NCBI RefSeq assembly: GCF_009914755.1 | Contig: NC_060926.1 | Direction: 5' to 3' (one strand) | Length of the DNA stretch: 64,000 nucleotides | Source of the DNA: the human T2T-CHM13v2.0 reference genome, Homo sapiens | Part shown: one piece after another, positions 1-13,255 of the stretch | Layout of the letters: the number at the start of each line of letters is the position of its first letter | How positions within the stretch are numbered: position 1 is the stretch's first letter | The notes under the pieces: generated by a model | Told to the model about the DNA's origin: nothing | Database searches by the model: none | The model's input: only the letters and a program-made list of their open reading frames with translations | Translations under genes and position numbers: made by a program

Positions 1-665
1 GCTGCGTTCCCATGGTTTCCTTTGAGCAGTAAAAGAGAAAATGAATGCTCAGAAGCACCATTTCTGTAAATTGCTGAAAAATCTTCATATTAGTGTAGCC
101 TAGAAAATATTTCAGTGGCAAAAAAGCTACAAGGAAACCAAGTTATACATTTTTTTTTTTTTGGCTAACACAAAGAAATACATTCTTTACAAGAAAATGG
201 AGCAGAAATAATAACAATAGGTCCATTATTCTCATTCAGTAATAAATCCCATTTAGGGAGAAGGTATTTTAATGAGCAAATGCTTTATTCTACCTTGTGG
301 TTAAATAAGAATTTTTAAATGTCACATATACTGAGTAGAGAGCTAGAGTGAGTATCAAACAAAAAGAAAGGACCTGGCCCTTTGAGAGTTAACCTCCTGA
401 AATTAATGCATAATGGATGAAATTAATCATCTTCAGGGGCCTCCTAACAAGAAGGGACGTTGCCTAGGACAAAGCAGGAAGACTAAAGCCTACAAATCTA
501 ATCATCTCCATTAGAATTTGAAAGACAACTTTTGTTTAATTAATGGGAGAAAGATACCTAAAAGAAAAAGAAAAAAGGTCACTTGTGACTAGGTGGATTC
601 TACATAAGACCTTACAAAAGTGGGTTCAGGAAATAGGAATTTGGCAGGGTTTATCCCAGATTCTC

Positions 666-1030
<365 letters not shown>

Positions 1031-1819
1031 TAGAGAGGCCTTGATCGTTCTGCTTTGCTGCAGTCTATAGAATGCATTACAAAACTACCTTCTAATTAAA
1101 TTGAGCTTCCCATGTTCCCATAGGCAGGGAAGGAAACATTCTGACAGGTAGCATTATCCCAATTATAAAAGTAAACACATAATTTCAAGGTCCATGTCAG
1201 TTACTCATCAGTCCTCAACCAATAAGTCAACTTTGGGAGCACTCACAAAACTATTTTTCTAGGTACAAAAGCTGGTGACCAGAACTTGAACCACTGTTAC
1301 TTCAACTGGACACTGTGAGTAGCCACCGTTCTATCTTCTCTGATGTTGTTGCATCAATTCTTTAACACTTACACCACAAATACCACACATTTTTAATTTC
1401 TTTATTTATAAGTCTATTACTCTTTTTACTCTAACAATAATACAGCTTAATGGCAAAACATTGAAAAGCACAAAAGAAGATTTTTAAATGATCTGATACC
1501 TCACTATCAACATTGTGGTGTTATTACCTATAGTCTCTGTAAATTTTATTTCAGTTCTTGCATTTACATTGTGATATAAAATGTGCTTAAAGAAAAAAGT
1601 GCATAAAGCATATGCCTTGAGTTCTACTCCAAGATCTTGAACAATCAACTTCCTCTGCTATAGCCATAAATCACAATCAGGATTTATCTTCATCTTCACT
1701 AAATCCCTAACTGTTTTCCAAATTAGTGACAATTTTCAACCAAAGTTGGTATTGTAATTTTTGCCAATCAATTCGATGTGTAATAAAGATTCATGTGGTT
1801 TTAAAGTTCATTACATAAC

Positions 1820-2500
1820 TGTGTATGTAGTTAGAGGGAGCCTAGGCCACATAAGACTGTTCCTACTTCTGACATCAACATAAGTTTGGAGGTTCCTCAA
1901 ACCACCCTCAGGTTCAACAATTCTTTAGAAGGACTCACAGAACTCACTGAAAGCTGTTCTACTAGTATGGCTTATTACAGAGGAAGGATACAGATTAAGA
2001 TCATCTAAGGGAGGAAGCACATAGGACAGAAAATCCATGGAAAAAGAATCAAACACAGAGCTTCTGCTCTCCTCTCCCCATGGAGTCAAGACAGTGTCAC
2101 CGTCGTGGCATAGATGTGTGACAATACACATAGAATATTTCCAACTAAGGAAGCTCACCTGAGCCTGGGTGTCTAGTGTATATAATGGAGCTCCATCATG
2201 TAGAAGTGATGGACTTCTCATTTCCAGATTCTCCAAAGGTTGAGCTTCAAAGCCCTCACTCTAAGTCATATATTTACCATCTGGTTTGGCCCAGGATTCT
2301 CACCCTAAATCATACTGTTACTATTTGGTGTGGCCAGCTCTCACTGTAAATTACATTGTCAAACTATCCAATGTGACACAAGGTCCCCAGCCAAAGACAC
2401 TCCTCTCAGGTATGACATTTCAGGAGCTTAGAGATTACCTCCCAGAAGCTGAGGGCAAATGCTAGGCTTCATTTGAGGCAAAGTTAAATTCTTTACTACA
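1820..2500 (-). mobile_element. MER21-family solo LTR (MER21C-like)
   Basis: Recalled MER21 motifs (cacagaactcactgaaagctgtt...ggatacagattaagatca; terminus ttctttactaca); interrupts old L1-like sequence. Confidence 0.7.
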
Positions 2501-3900
2501 CCCCTGATCGCTACCAAAGTTGAATATCTTTTCATGTATTTATTAAACATTTGATTTTCCTTTTCTGTGTAATATCAATTCTTGCACACATTTTTTCAAT
2601 TAGGTAAACTGTCATTTTTTTTCAATTCTCATGACAATATTCCCTCTGTTATCTTCTGAAACTTTCATAGTTTTCCTTTTTACATTTAGGTTATTAATAC
2701 CCTCACAATTGATTTTTTCTATCTGATGTGAGTTATGGATCCAATTTTCCCCCACATAGATAACTCATTGTGGCAGAATCATATATTTAAAGCATCTATT
2801 TTCCCTCATCTGTTACAGACAGATGTAGCTAGACAACTGTCTGACTATGCACGTGTCTGTTTCCAGCATTTTTATTCTGTTCCATTGGTACATTTATCTA
2901 TTCTTTTTTTTTTTTTTTTTTTTTTTTTTGAGACAGAATCTCGCTCTGTCGCCTGGGCTGGAGTGCAGTGGCGCCATCTTGGCTCACTGCAAACTCCACC
3001 TCCTGGGTTCACACCATTCTTTGGCCTCAGCCTCCCAAGTAGCTGGGACTACAGGCACACGCCACCACGCCCAGCTAGTTTTTTGTATTTTTACTACAGA
3101 CGGGGTATCACCGTGTTAGCCAGGATGGTCTTGATATCCTGACCTCGTGATCCGCCCACCTTGGCCTCCCAAAGTGCTGGGATTACAGGCGTGAGCCATG
3201 GCTCCTGGCCATATATATGTCTATTCTTGTGCCAATATCATAGCATTTTGACTAAAACTCTACCTTTATAATGACTATTCATATCTAGTAGGGAAAATTT
3301 ACCACATTGTTTTCTAATTCAAGAATGTCTCTCTGCATTTGTATTTAAACTTTAGAATCAGCTTACCAATACCACCTTCCCTTCCCCTTCCCCCCCAAAA
3401 AAACTGAGATTTTTATTGGAAATTCTTTGACACAAGTGAAGTGAAAATGTTAACTCTACAAGATAGTATTCTTCTATCCATGGATAACATTTCCACAGGT
3501 CCATTTACAATATTATTTGCATTTTGGGTAGATAATTAATATTAGATTTTAAAAGTCTTCTGTTTCCTTTTAACCTCACAGGTATTGTCATATTGATTTA
3601 TGGAGTCCATGTTTCTTTAGACTTATCCACATATTTACCATTTCATTTGCTTTTCACTCTTCTGGAAGCTTAGAATTTCTCTCAAGTACCATTCGACTTC
3701 TGTCATATATATGTGTATACATATATATATATATGTATATATACTTTGGAATTTTGATTAGTGACAGTCTTTTGGTAACAAACTCTGTGTTGGTATTTAT
3801 GAAAAATGTATTTTGTCCTCATTCTGAAAAGAGATTTTTTCTTGGTATGTAATTCTAGGTTGGAAAATATTTTCATTCAGCATATAAAAGATTTTTAAAA
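2501..3900 (-). mobile_element. Old L1M fragments, split by an AluY
   Basis: Degenerate antisense L1 ORF2-like motifs (ttttattctgttccattg, aaactttagaatcagctt). Confidence 0.5.
2904..3210 (-). mobile_element. AluY
   Basis: AluY diagnostics (ttcacaccattct, ccgtgttagccaggatggtc), long poly-T, approximate TSD tctattctt. Confidence 0.93.
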
Positions 3901-4155
3901 GACTTTGTTTTGTTAAAAATTAAAAGCACAAAGATGAAAACAGAATTTTAAAAACTGCTTCAAATCAAACTGTCCAGAGATGATATTATTAATATTTTTG
4001 TGTATATCTGCCCAATCTTTTCAGGTATATACATGCAATTCATTTATAAAAGGTAGATCTTAGTGTTTAAAACTTGAATTTTTTAAACTTGACAACATAT
4101 TGTTGTTATATATTGTTATTCTTTGCATAGTGTAATTTTTAGGAGTTGGGTCTGG

Positions 4156-4575
<420 letters not shown>

Positions 4576-7500
4576 TCCAGCTGAGCCTTCTGTTGTCTAG
4601 TGCCACAACTCAATGCATATCATCCAGGAAAAGCTAAAATCACTTTTCCACATTATAAGACTGCTTCTTTATCCCAATACAACTCACACTAGTACAACAC
4701 AAACACTAAATAAATCTTAAAAGCTGGCTTCACTGCATTATTTCATTTTCGTAACCTCTTTAATTTGCTTTCTCCTTTGGCTCAATGCTAAGCTCCTGTT
4801 CACATGCCTAACCATCATCATAAATCTCTCAAGTGATGATCAGTATTTTCCCATTCTCCTCTTCCTTCCAGAGCCACAGATTATTTTATTCTGCTTACAG
4901 TCAAATGGGGTTATGTAACTCATGCTGGCTAATGAACTGAGTCATGAGAGGTATTTCTAGTTTACAGCACATAAAAAGCCAGTTGTAATTCTCAATATTC
5001 CCTTACTCTAACAGAATGTACTATAACCCTATTCCCCCATCTATTAAAATACAGTACTATAAAAAAGGAGCAGCTTGGAATTCTTTGCCACCACTTGGAA
5101 GAGGTTCTCCTCGATATTCCAGGATTTTTGAAGACAAAATAATGTTAATAATAAATAGGTAAGTGAAATGTCAGCTTCTAACAACCTTCTGCCATATTTC
5201 TGAATATTGTTCTGCTATTTAAAAATCTTTTCCTTTGCTAATATTGGTTGGTGGTAGAGAACAAAGCTCAAAATTAAAATACATTACAAACTACTTGAGT
5301 TCTAAAATGTCATGAGAAAATCGAATCTAGTGAACATTTCTATAGAAAAGATATTTTATCTGTTTTAAAGTAAGAGAATATTTTATAATAAATTATCATA
5401 GTAAATTTGCGATTATAATTATGTTGATTCAAGCTTCAAGGTTCAATATTTTGATTTATAAAATTTATGAACAATTTATCATTGTAATTATCATCAAGAA
5501 ATAAAACCTTTACTAATTTTAAAATTTGTTTTACTTTAAAAAAGGATTACATTGTCTAATTCTCACACAGGTTCCATGTGGTATAGAGCAAGCCTTATGT
5601 GTACCAATCCCTTGAAGTTCTTATTATAGTTATAAATTTGTATTTGTGTAACATCTCCTTAATGCATATCTTCTCCACCAGACTGTGATCTCTAAGAAAG
5701 CAGAGATCTTTGTGCTCATTTGAATGTATCATTCCACCAACAAATGTTATATAGATGCATGCCAGGTGTGTGGTAGGAGTTAAATAAAAATTATTTTCTG
5801 ACCTCCTAAAGGAATAATGACATTAGACATTCAAATCCATTCAAATCACTAACTACATCCATTCTAAATCCATGCTCACCAAGTAACATTCTAAAGGTTA
5901 ATTTCCCATCTTTAAGGCACTGCAGGACAGTGCATCTAATCCATTGATTGTTTAATTTTGATTGTTAATATTTCAAGAATTCTGGCTGCTTTTTAAAATA
6001 TCTGTAGCTTGTGAAGATTTTAACATGAGTCATCATATGTGAGTTTCCAATTCTTTGACTTTATTACAAGGTTGTAAGTCTACAAGGTTAACAGCAGAGA
6101 CTTGAGACTATGGCAAATTGATCATGTGATGCCAATCTTATGAAACTTATCCAAGGCCACCCAGCTAGTCTTCTGCAATCATCCTCTTTGTTGGTGACTT
6201 TTCTGGGTGGTATGTACCTTTCTGTTTAAACTTCTACATATAATCCTTCCTCCAATTAATCAAGAAATGTTCTTCTTACATTTGTTTAAGAAATTTGGGA
6301 TATTGGTAATCATTACATCAAATCTTCTTTGATCAAATAGTGAATTCAACCTGGAAGCAGTGATGGATCAGCTCTCCTTGAGAGGGGCATATTGTCACAT
6401 GCAAAGCCATTTCCTTTATTCAGGGGAGCTAGAACCTACATTCTGGTTAGTCCCAAAATTTTAAACTGAAATTAAAATATTTTCACCACTAATTCTATAG
6501 ATACATGCTTACATATAGCTTTTACTCTAGAAATTCAGTTTTTTTAAATCACATGTTCTTTTACATAATTCTCTTGGCATATAAATATATCTATTTCCTC
6601 TGGGATCATTGTGGCTTTTAAAAACATTATGATCTTCCTAACATTTAGTTCAATAAACAAAAGTTGTTTTATTTAGATCAGTAAATTAGCTAATGATCTC
6701 CTGAAAATCAAAACTAATCAAACAAATTGACTCCTTACAACTCTGATTATAGATGGCAACCAAAGATGATTAAAAACAAATTAGGATAAAATCCAGAATT
6801 TTAAATTTAGCTGTTTTAGCCTATCCTTACTAACTTCTCCCCTAGGACCTTGTGTCTTAAAGCATTCTTTTCTCACTTTTTTTTTCATGTAAATCTTCTT
6901 AACTTACCTGGCTTCAACTGGTATCTATGCATTAAAATTTGAATATTTCTAACTCAATTTAAACTTATCCAAAGTTTTTCCTATGGTATAACCACAAACC
7001 TCAGGACATCTTTGTAGAACAAATCATGGCCAACTCATTCTTCCTCCTCTATATTTTTAATTTTCTTCATGTAGGAACTTTCATTGTGCCCAAAAAGAGG
7101 ATCCTCAAAAAAGAATTTCCTGAACTTACATATACTCAAAAGATATAGGCAGGCATCCTATCATATGTCCTCATACCATATGTCTTTTCTTCCTAATCCT
7201 GACCTCAATTTTGATTTTATATGTGTTTATATAATTGTTTCAGTAATCTTTGACTTTCCTCCAGAATCTAAGCTCCTTGAAGGTAGAAACCATGTTTGTT
7301 TTTGCTCACCCTTACATTTCCATTGTATCTAGGACATGATAGGTAAGAGAAGAAGCAAGAACTGTGAATGATCTGGATTTGCTATATTTACCAACAATTT
7401 AACCTGACAAAAAAGCTTAAACTTAATTATGAATTGAGTGAAAGAGCAAATTTAACATACTTTTAAGTATTTGTTCAATATCTGTGTAACTCAAAAGACA

Positions 7501-9013
7501 TGTGAGAGCAGAGTCTCTTTGTCTCATGTACCCTTGTATCTCTACTCCTACCACAGTGCTTGGCACATTAGTAGCTTTCAATAAAATATATGTTAGATCA
7601 ATAAATGAGTAAATAGATTCCTGATATAAAATTAAAAATCAGTGTCTTCATTTCCCTCCTGCATTGACTCTAATTTATTCTTTGGTACAGGGATAGAGGT
7701 GTTGATAGCGTTTTAAAGAACACATCTGTAAGGTTCTTTTTTCCTACGTGACAGTTGACCTCAAGTTCTGCCTCTGTTTTTTCTACACAAGCTCTATTAT
7801 CTATAGTTTCTCTATACGTTTCTCAAGAGAAGGAGTAATTCTTAATTACTTTACACACCAGTTGTTACCTTATGACCATTTTATTTTGTTTTAAAATACA
7901 GCACTAAGCATTGACTGCAGTATTTGAAGTATTTATAAACTGTAGCTCTTGGGGAGAAACACATAAGAAAGTATTTATTAGATGGCTGATCCAAAATACA
8001 TAAAAGTAAAACAAACTGCAGCAATAAATGTTTACTGCGAGCAAAGATTTAAGTCTTGTGGGAAAAAGGAAGAAAACAAAGTCTAAGAAAGCTATATAGC
8101 TTTATAAACAATGGGAAAATGAAATATAAAGGGAGTGATCAGATATTAACTAGGTCTGCCGTGGGGATGGACATTCTGGGGTTGGAGGAGAATGACCTAT
8201 GTTTTATGGTACTCCAGAAGCTGAGCTCTGTCCAATGAGTAAAATTTAAAATAAAGATATTATAGCTTAATATTTAGATTAAACTTAATATTAACCAATG
8301 CTTTTTATCAGTACAAAAAGTTACCTCTGAGGAAATAAAATAACTATTAGTTTTATTTTGAAGTCTTTCATGACCTTCCAATAAGAAGAAGGCATTCATC
8401 TTCTCTGTATCCCCTGGGACCTTATTTACACCTTGATTATTGTATTGTCACTGTGTGATGGATTGTATAAAATCTGTTCTAAGGATAGAGACCCTTGGAG
8501 TTTTAAATCTTGGTATTCCTGCTGACTAACACATTGCTTGACACAAGACAGGCTTTCTTTTATTCTTTGTTGAATAAATGGGTGAATGAATGCTTTAAAA
8601 ACTATTCATGTATTTGAAAGAAGGCACCAGGCAAATCAGCTCTCAGGTTTTTTTACAACTCCAAGAAGGCAAGCATCCATAAAGCTATGATTAGTTTTCA
8701 AAGTTACAAATAGTTTGGATAGGACCGATGGCAATTAGTCTTTTCAGATACTGCCCACAAATATGGAAGTATCCATAATACAATTCTATCTGAAAAACAA
8801 TTTAGGAGTATAAAAAAAGTTAGTCATGGCCAGTGTGTTTTCTACATCAGGATTTATCAGGATTACAAATTTTTATGTAAAAAATTTGGGGTACAAAATC
8901 ATGAAACATTCCTTCCTCTCATGGATAAGATAATTACATAAGAAAGCATAATGATTTGAATATATTTAAATATAGCCAATATCTTTGATTTTCTCACTTA
9001 GAAATTATATATA

Positions 9014-9392
9014 CAGTTGACCCTTGAACAACATGAGGGTTAAGGGCACCAACAGCCTACTTTTGACCAAAAGTCTTACTAATAGCAAAAACAGTCAGTT
9101 AAAACATATTTTATGTTATGTATGTTATATATTGTATCCTTACAATAAAGTAAGCTAGAGAAAATAAAATGTTAAGAAAATTATAAGGAAGAGAAAACAT
9201 ATTTACTATTCATTAAGTGGAAGCAAATCATCATAAAGGTTTTCATCCTTATCATCTTCATGTTGAGTAAGCTGAGAAGGAGGAAGAAGAGGAACGGTTG
9301 TTCTTGATATTTCAGGGGTGGCAGAGGCAGAAGAATATTTGTGTGCATATGAACCCACAGAGTTCAAACCCATTTTGGTCAAGGGTCAACTT
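9014..9392 (-). mobile_element. Tigger2a-like Tc1/mariner DNA transposon (MITE)
   Basis: Terminal inverted repeats cagttgacccttgaaca / ggtcaagggtcaact with TA flanks; internal sequence matches recalled Tigger2a. Confidence 0.85.
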
Positions 9393-9889
9393 TATACACA
9401 TATATAATTCTGCAAATACATAAAGTTCTGGATATACATGTATATACATGTGTATATATATATACACACTATATATGTGTGTGATATAGATATCACTATA
9501 TATATATATACACAATATAGTGTGTATATCAGAAATAGATTTGAGAAAATTTTATGATAAACATGTCAAATTTGAGAAACTGTAATTTCAAACCCACTAC
9601 GCACATATATATGCATTTATTTTTTGAAAACAACTCCTCGTCTTACAGAAAATTAGCTAAAATTTTCTAGGCAGAGACTCATGTACTGGCATTTTAAATA
9701 ATAACATGGCTGGAGAATCATTCAAGACCTAGACCTTGTCTACCTCTCTGATTTCCTCTTCTGCCACACTACTTCCATCTCACTATACTCTATCCACACT
9801 GGCCTTCTTTTCTTCACTTAAACATGCCAATGTCATGTATCTCTCTGTTACTTTTGCCTGGAAAGCTTTCAATTTAAATCATTACCTTG

Positions 9890-10372
9890 CTGTGACCTGT
9901 TAGAATGTAATTCTCTATGTGTTTCTCACAATGTCTTTCAAAGAGAAGCCCTGACAGGTTTTGTTTATGACTATTTTTTCATGGATGTTTACATAGTGTC
10001 TTCCTCCAAAGCAAAAGGAAGATTTGTTTACTGACCAGTATACTAAAGATAATGTTTCCTCTGGGGTACATGTTGGGTAGGTTTGTTTGCAGGTCATTAT
10101 TAAAGATTGATTTGTTCTAAGCTTAGGTTCCTCAAGTGAGGTGCAAACCTACTGCCTGTGCAGCATCCACTGGAGCCAACTGGCACTGTCATATCGGATC
10201 AAAGGGGACTGGTACACACATGCAACTCATGTTGTTTGCTCTGTCATAACTAATAAAGTCTCTTATCTCTGACCCAAGAGTTTTATATCTTCTGCTAGCA
10301 ATTATGAAACTACATCAATCTAATTTGCTAGCATGCAAGTAGTGTAAAATTTCACATCATTCCAGGTTCACG
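9890..10372 (+). mobile_element. ERVL-type solo LTR (LTR47-like) inside an L2
   Basis: aataaagtctcttatctctgacccaagag...gcaagtagtgtaaaat resembles an LTR47-type U5; L2 sequence on both sides. Confidence 0.5.
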
Positions 10373-10692
10373 GCAGCTCTTTCATGTCATTCACATCTAA
10401 TTTCAAAAGTCTACTTGTCTATTAGGAGTTCCATTAACACCCAATTTAAACTGATCATATACCAAGTCTATTTCTATTTCACTATACTTTATTATTCTGC
10501 CTTCAATATAAGTACCAGAAACAATACCTTACTTTTATGTATCATAATTATCTGTCTAACCCAACTAGATTGTATACTCAACTAGAGTAAGAACCTTGTC
10601 TGGTATCTTCACCATGGTATTTTCAATATGTTGATAACTGTCTGACACCTAAAAGACACTGAAGTGTATATATTGAATAAAAGAATAAATGA
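10373..10692 (+). mobile_element. L2 3' end
   Basis: ccaactagattgta...tattgaataaaagaataaatg, an L2-type terminus. Confidence 0.55.
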
Positions 10693-11722
10693 TTTCCTTG
10701 AATCGTGATTACTCTTCCTTAGACTTTTTCTCTTTTTCTTCTGTTGTTACATAATTTTGTATTATTTACAGTGTATTCAAACGATCATATTGCACTCATT
10801 TAATCTTTAGTGTCAATGCCCCAGCTTCAGGATATTAAGAGATTACTTTCTACTTCTATCTCAGTCTTATGAATTTAGCAGCTCCTTGCTTCTGTGTCCT
10901 CTGTCCATGGATGGTATGTCACTGATGTGAATACTCTGCACATACTCATGATGTTCACAGGCTAGCACCTTTCCCTTTTGAATTGCTTTCACTGTGCTGG
11001 GTTAAGTTCTCATTACCCTTCATTTGCTTTTCTGATCCCAATAAAGGTTCTCTTTCTGTACTGCCTTCCATAAAATTATACCATCAGGAAAACCCTACAG
11101 GAAACTTCTCTGAAAAGGCAAGCTACTTGGTGTCCATTAAAGAGACCTCCAACTCATTACAGCTGTCTGTTTGATATCATTACAGAGCCCTTCCATGAAT
11201 AAGGGATAGCATAAAGCCCCTAAAAAACAATGAAAGTTACACAATAATTGCCTCAGAAATGAAGAGATAGCAAGCAAAAAATTACTGAACAGTGTGGTAA
11301 TACATTGATAGAATTATGAATGAGAGAGGATCCTAGAGAGAGTAGTTTAGGTTAAATTTAAGTATTGAAGTCAAAGCAGAATTGACTAAGCGGGAATGGA
11401 CAGATAAACATTTCAGCAAGGGCAGTAGCAAGGAAATTAAGAAATGATTTGTTTGAATTTTAAAAGGGTGCTTTGGGTGTGGGGCTAGAGCTTGATTATC
11501 AACACACCTTTCTCACTTGGCAAATGATCAATTAAGTTATATATCTCTCAAAAATTATTATTTGGGAGGAAAACTATTGATTTTACCTCAGAATGCTGCT
11601 GGAAAATTGAAAAGGAAAAAATCGTAGCACATTTTAATGTTTATATTCTGAACTGTCTCTCCTCCACTTTAGGAATTTTATTTTAATTATTACATTTTAT
11701 ACATACATTATACTATAGTAAC

Positions 11723-12110
11723 TGTGGTGGGCTGAATTCTGTCCCCCTAAAATTCATATATTGAAGCCCTAACCCCCAATGTGGCTATATTTGGAGCTAG
11801 GATCTTTAAAAAGGTAATTAAAGGTAAATAAAGTCATAAGAACAGGAACTTAATTCAATAGGACTGGCGTCCTTATAAGAAGCGGAAGGAATACCAGGGG
11901 TGCATGTGTAGAGAAAGGGCCATGTGAGGACACAGACTTCTTTCCTTAGCTTGCAGGTGGTTACCTTCTCTCTAGAAGTCTTAGGAGGAACCAAATCTGC
12001 CAATGCCTTGATCTTGGAGGTCCAGCCACCAGAATAGTGAGAACATATAATTTTGTTGTTTAAGCTACCCATGTATGGTATTTTGCTATGGCAGCCCTAG
12101 CAAGCTAATA
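11723..12110 (+). mobile_element. MLT1B-like MaLR solo LTR
   Basis: tgtggtgggctgaattctgtccccctaaaattcata ... gcagccctagcaagctaata. Confidence 0.85.
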
Positions 12111-12457
12111 TAGGAACCCACGTAACAAAAACTAAGTTGCTCTTCAAAAATGATAAATTTTGGTGAGAGAATTTTTATCATGAAGGGAACAATGATTTTC
12201 ACTTATATGCAATTTAATTCAATAGCTTTTAAGCACTTGGTTCCAGGAACTATGTTAGAAGTTGAAACAACGACCAATTTTAAAATTACTTATACAATGA
12301 AGGATTTCTGTAACTGTTTTCTCACAATTATCTGTGAAGAATTATAATCCTCACATTAGAAAAAAAAAAAACGGTAGGATGCAGAGCACTTAAAGAATGC
12401 AGCCAAGATTTCTCATTTGGGCCTGGAAAAGCTAGCCCCAAACACTGATTCTCTGGA

Positions 12458-12490
<33 letters not shown>

Positions 12491-12494
12491 CCAA

Positions 12495-12548
12495 ACACAA
12501 ATTCTTACTGTTTTGCCACAGACACAAATTCTTACTGTTTTGCCACAG
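12495..12548. repeat. Perfect 27-bp tandem duplication
   Basis: acacaaattcttactgttttgccacag x2. Confidence 0.95.
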
Positions 12549-13255
12549 TTAAGTCTACCTCACATTAAGGAATTTTGTTTTCAAAGTAGAGAACCAGTCA
12601 TGAAGTCAAGTTAAAGGCTGTAAACCAAATGTTTATTATAAGGTCATATAAATGGATGGAAAGCTTAAAGTTTCATAAATTTACCCTACTCTGTGTACTG
12701 GGATAACAAAACACATATTTTATTTGTTTTTGTCATTTTATTGTTTTGCTCAATATACTTCTGCACTTTACCTGTGAGAAATCAAAAGAGTTTTAGACAG
12801 ATAATCTAACATGCAGAAGAAATCTAGATATATTGCCAGTCACTTTCATCTTCTCCTGTAATAAAATATTATTTCCTTCAAAAAAACACCATAAGTATTT
12901 TCCAAGTTCCACTAGATCCATTTTCAAAAACTTGTCTTATATATTATTTGCTATCCACTGGCCTTGACTCATCCCCATTTTCCCTCAATTTAGAGTTTAT
13001 CAGTGTTATTAGCATTGCTTTACATTTATATTTCTTTATGAGATAGATTGTTTTAAAATAATTAAATGAAAGCAGAGCAGAGAAATGAGTTTAGTGGCAA
13101 TAATTTAGAGAACTTTTCACTGTAAAGCGAATTCAATTCTTCAAAAAACATCACAAAATACGACCAAAATATGTGGAGATAAACTAGATAAATTCTGCAA
13201 AAACTCTAAGCATGTATTTATTCAAAAAAATCTCAGTGCTTATGGTAATGCACCA

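Noticed and set aside
4600-9000. Unique-looking AT-rich stretch scanned for exons and RNA genes
   Set aside because: Only short L2/MIR-like remnants seen; no convincing splice-bounded coding segment or structured RNA.
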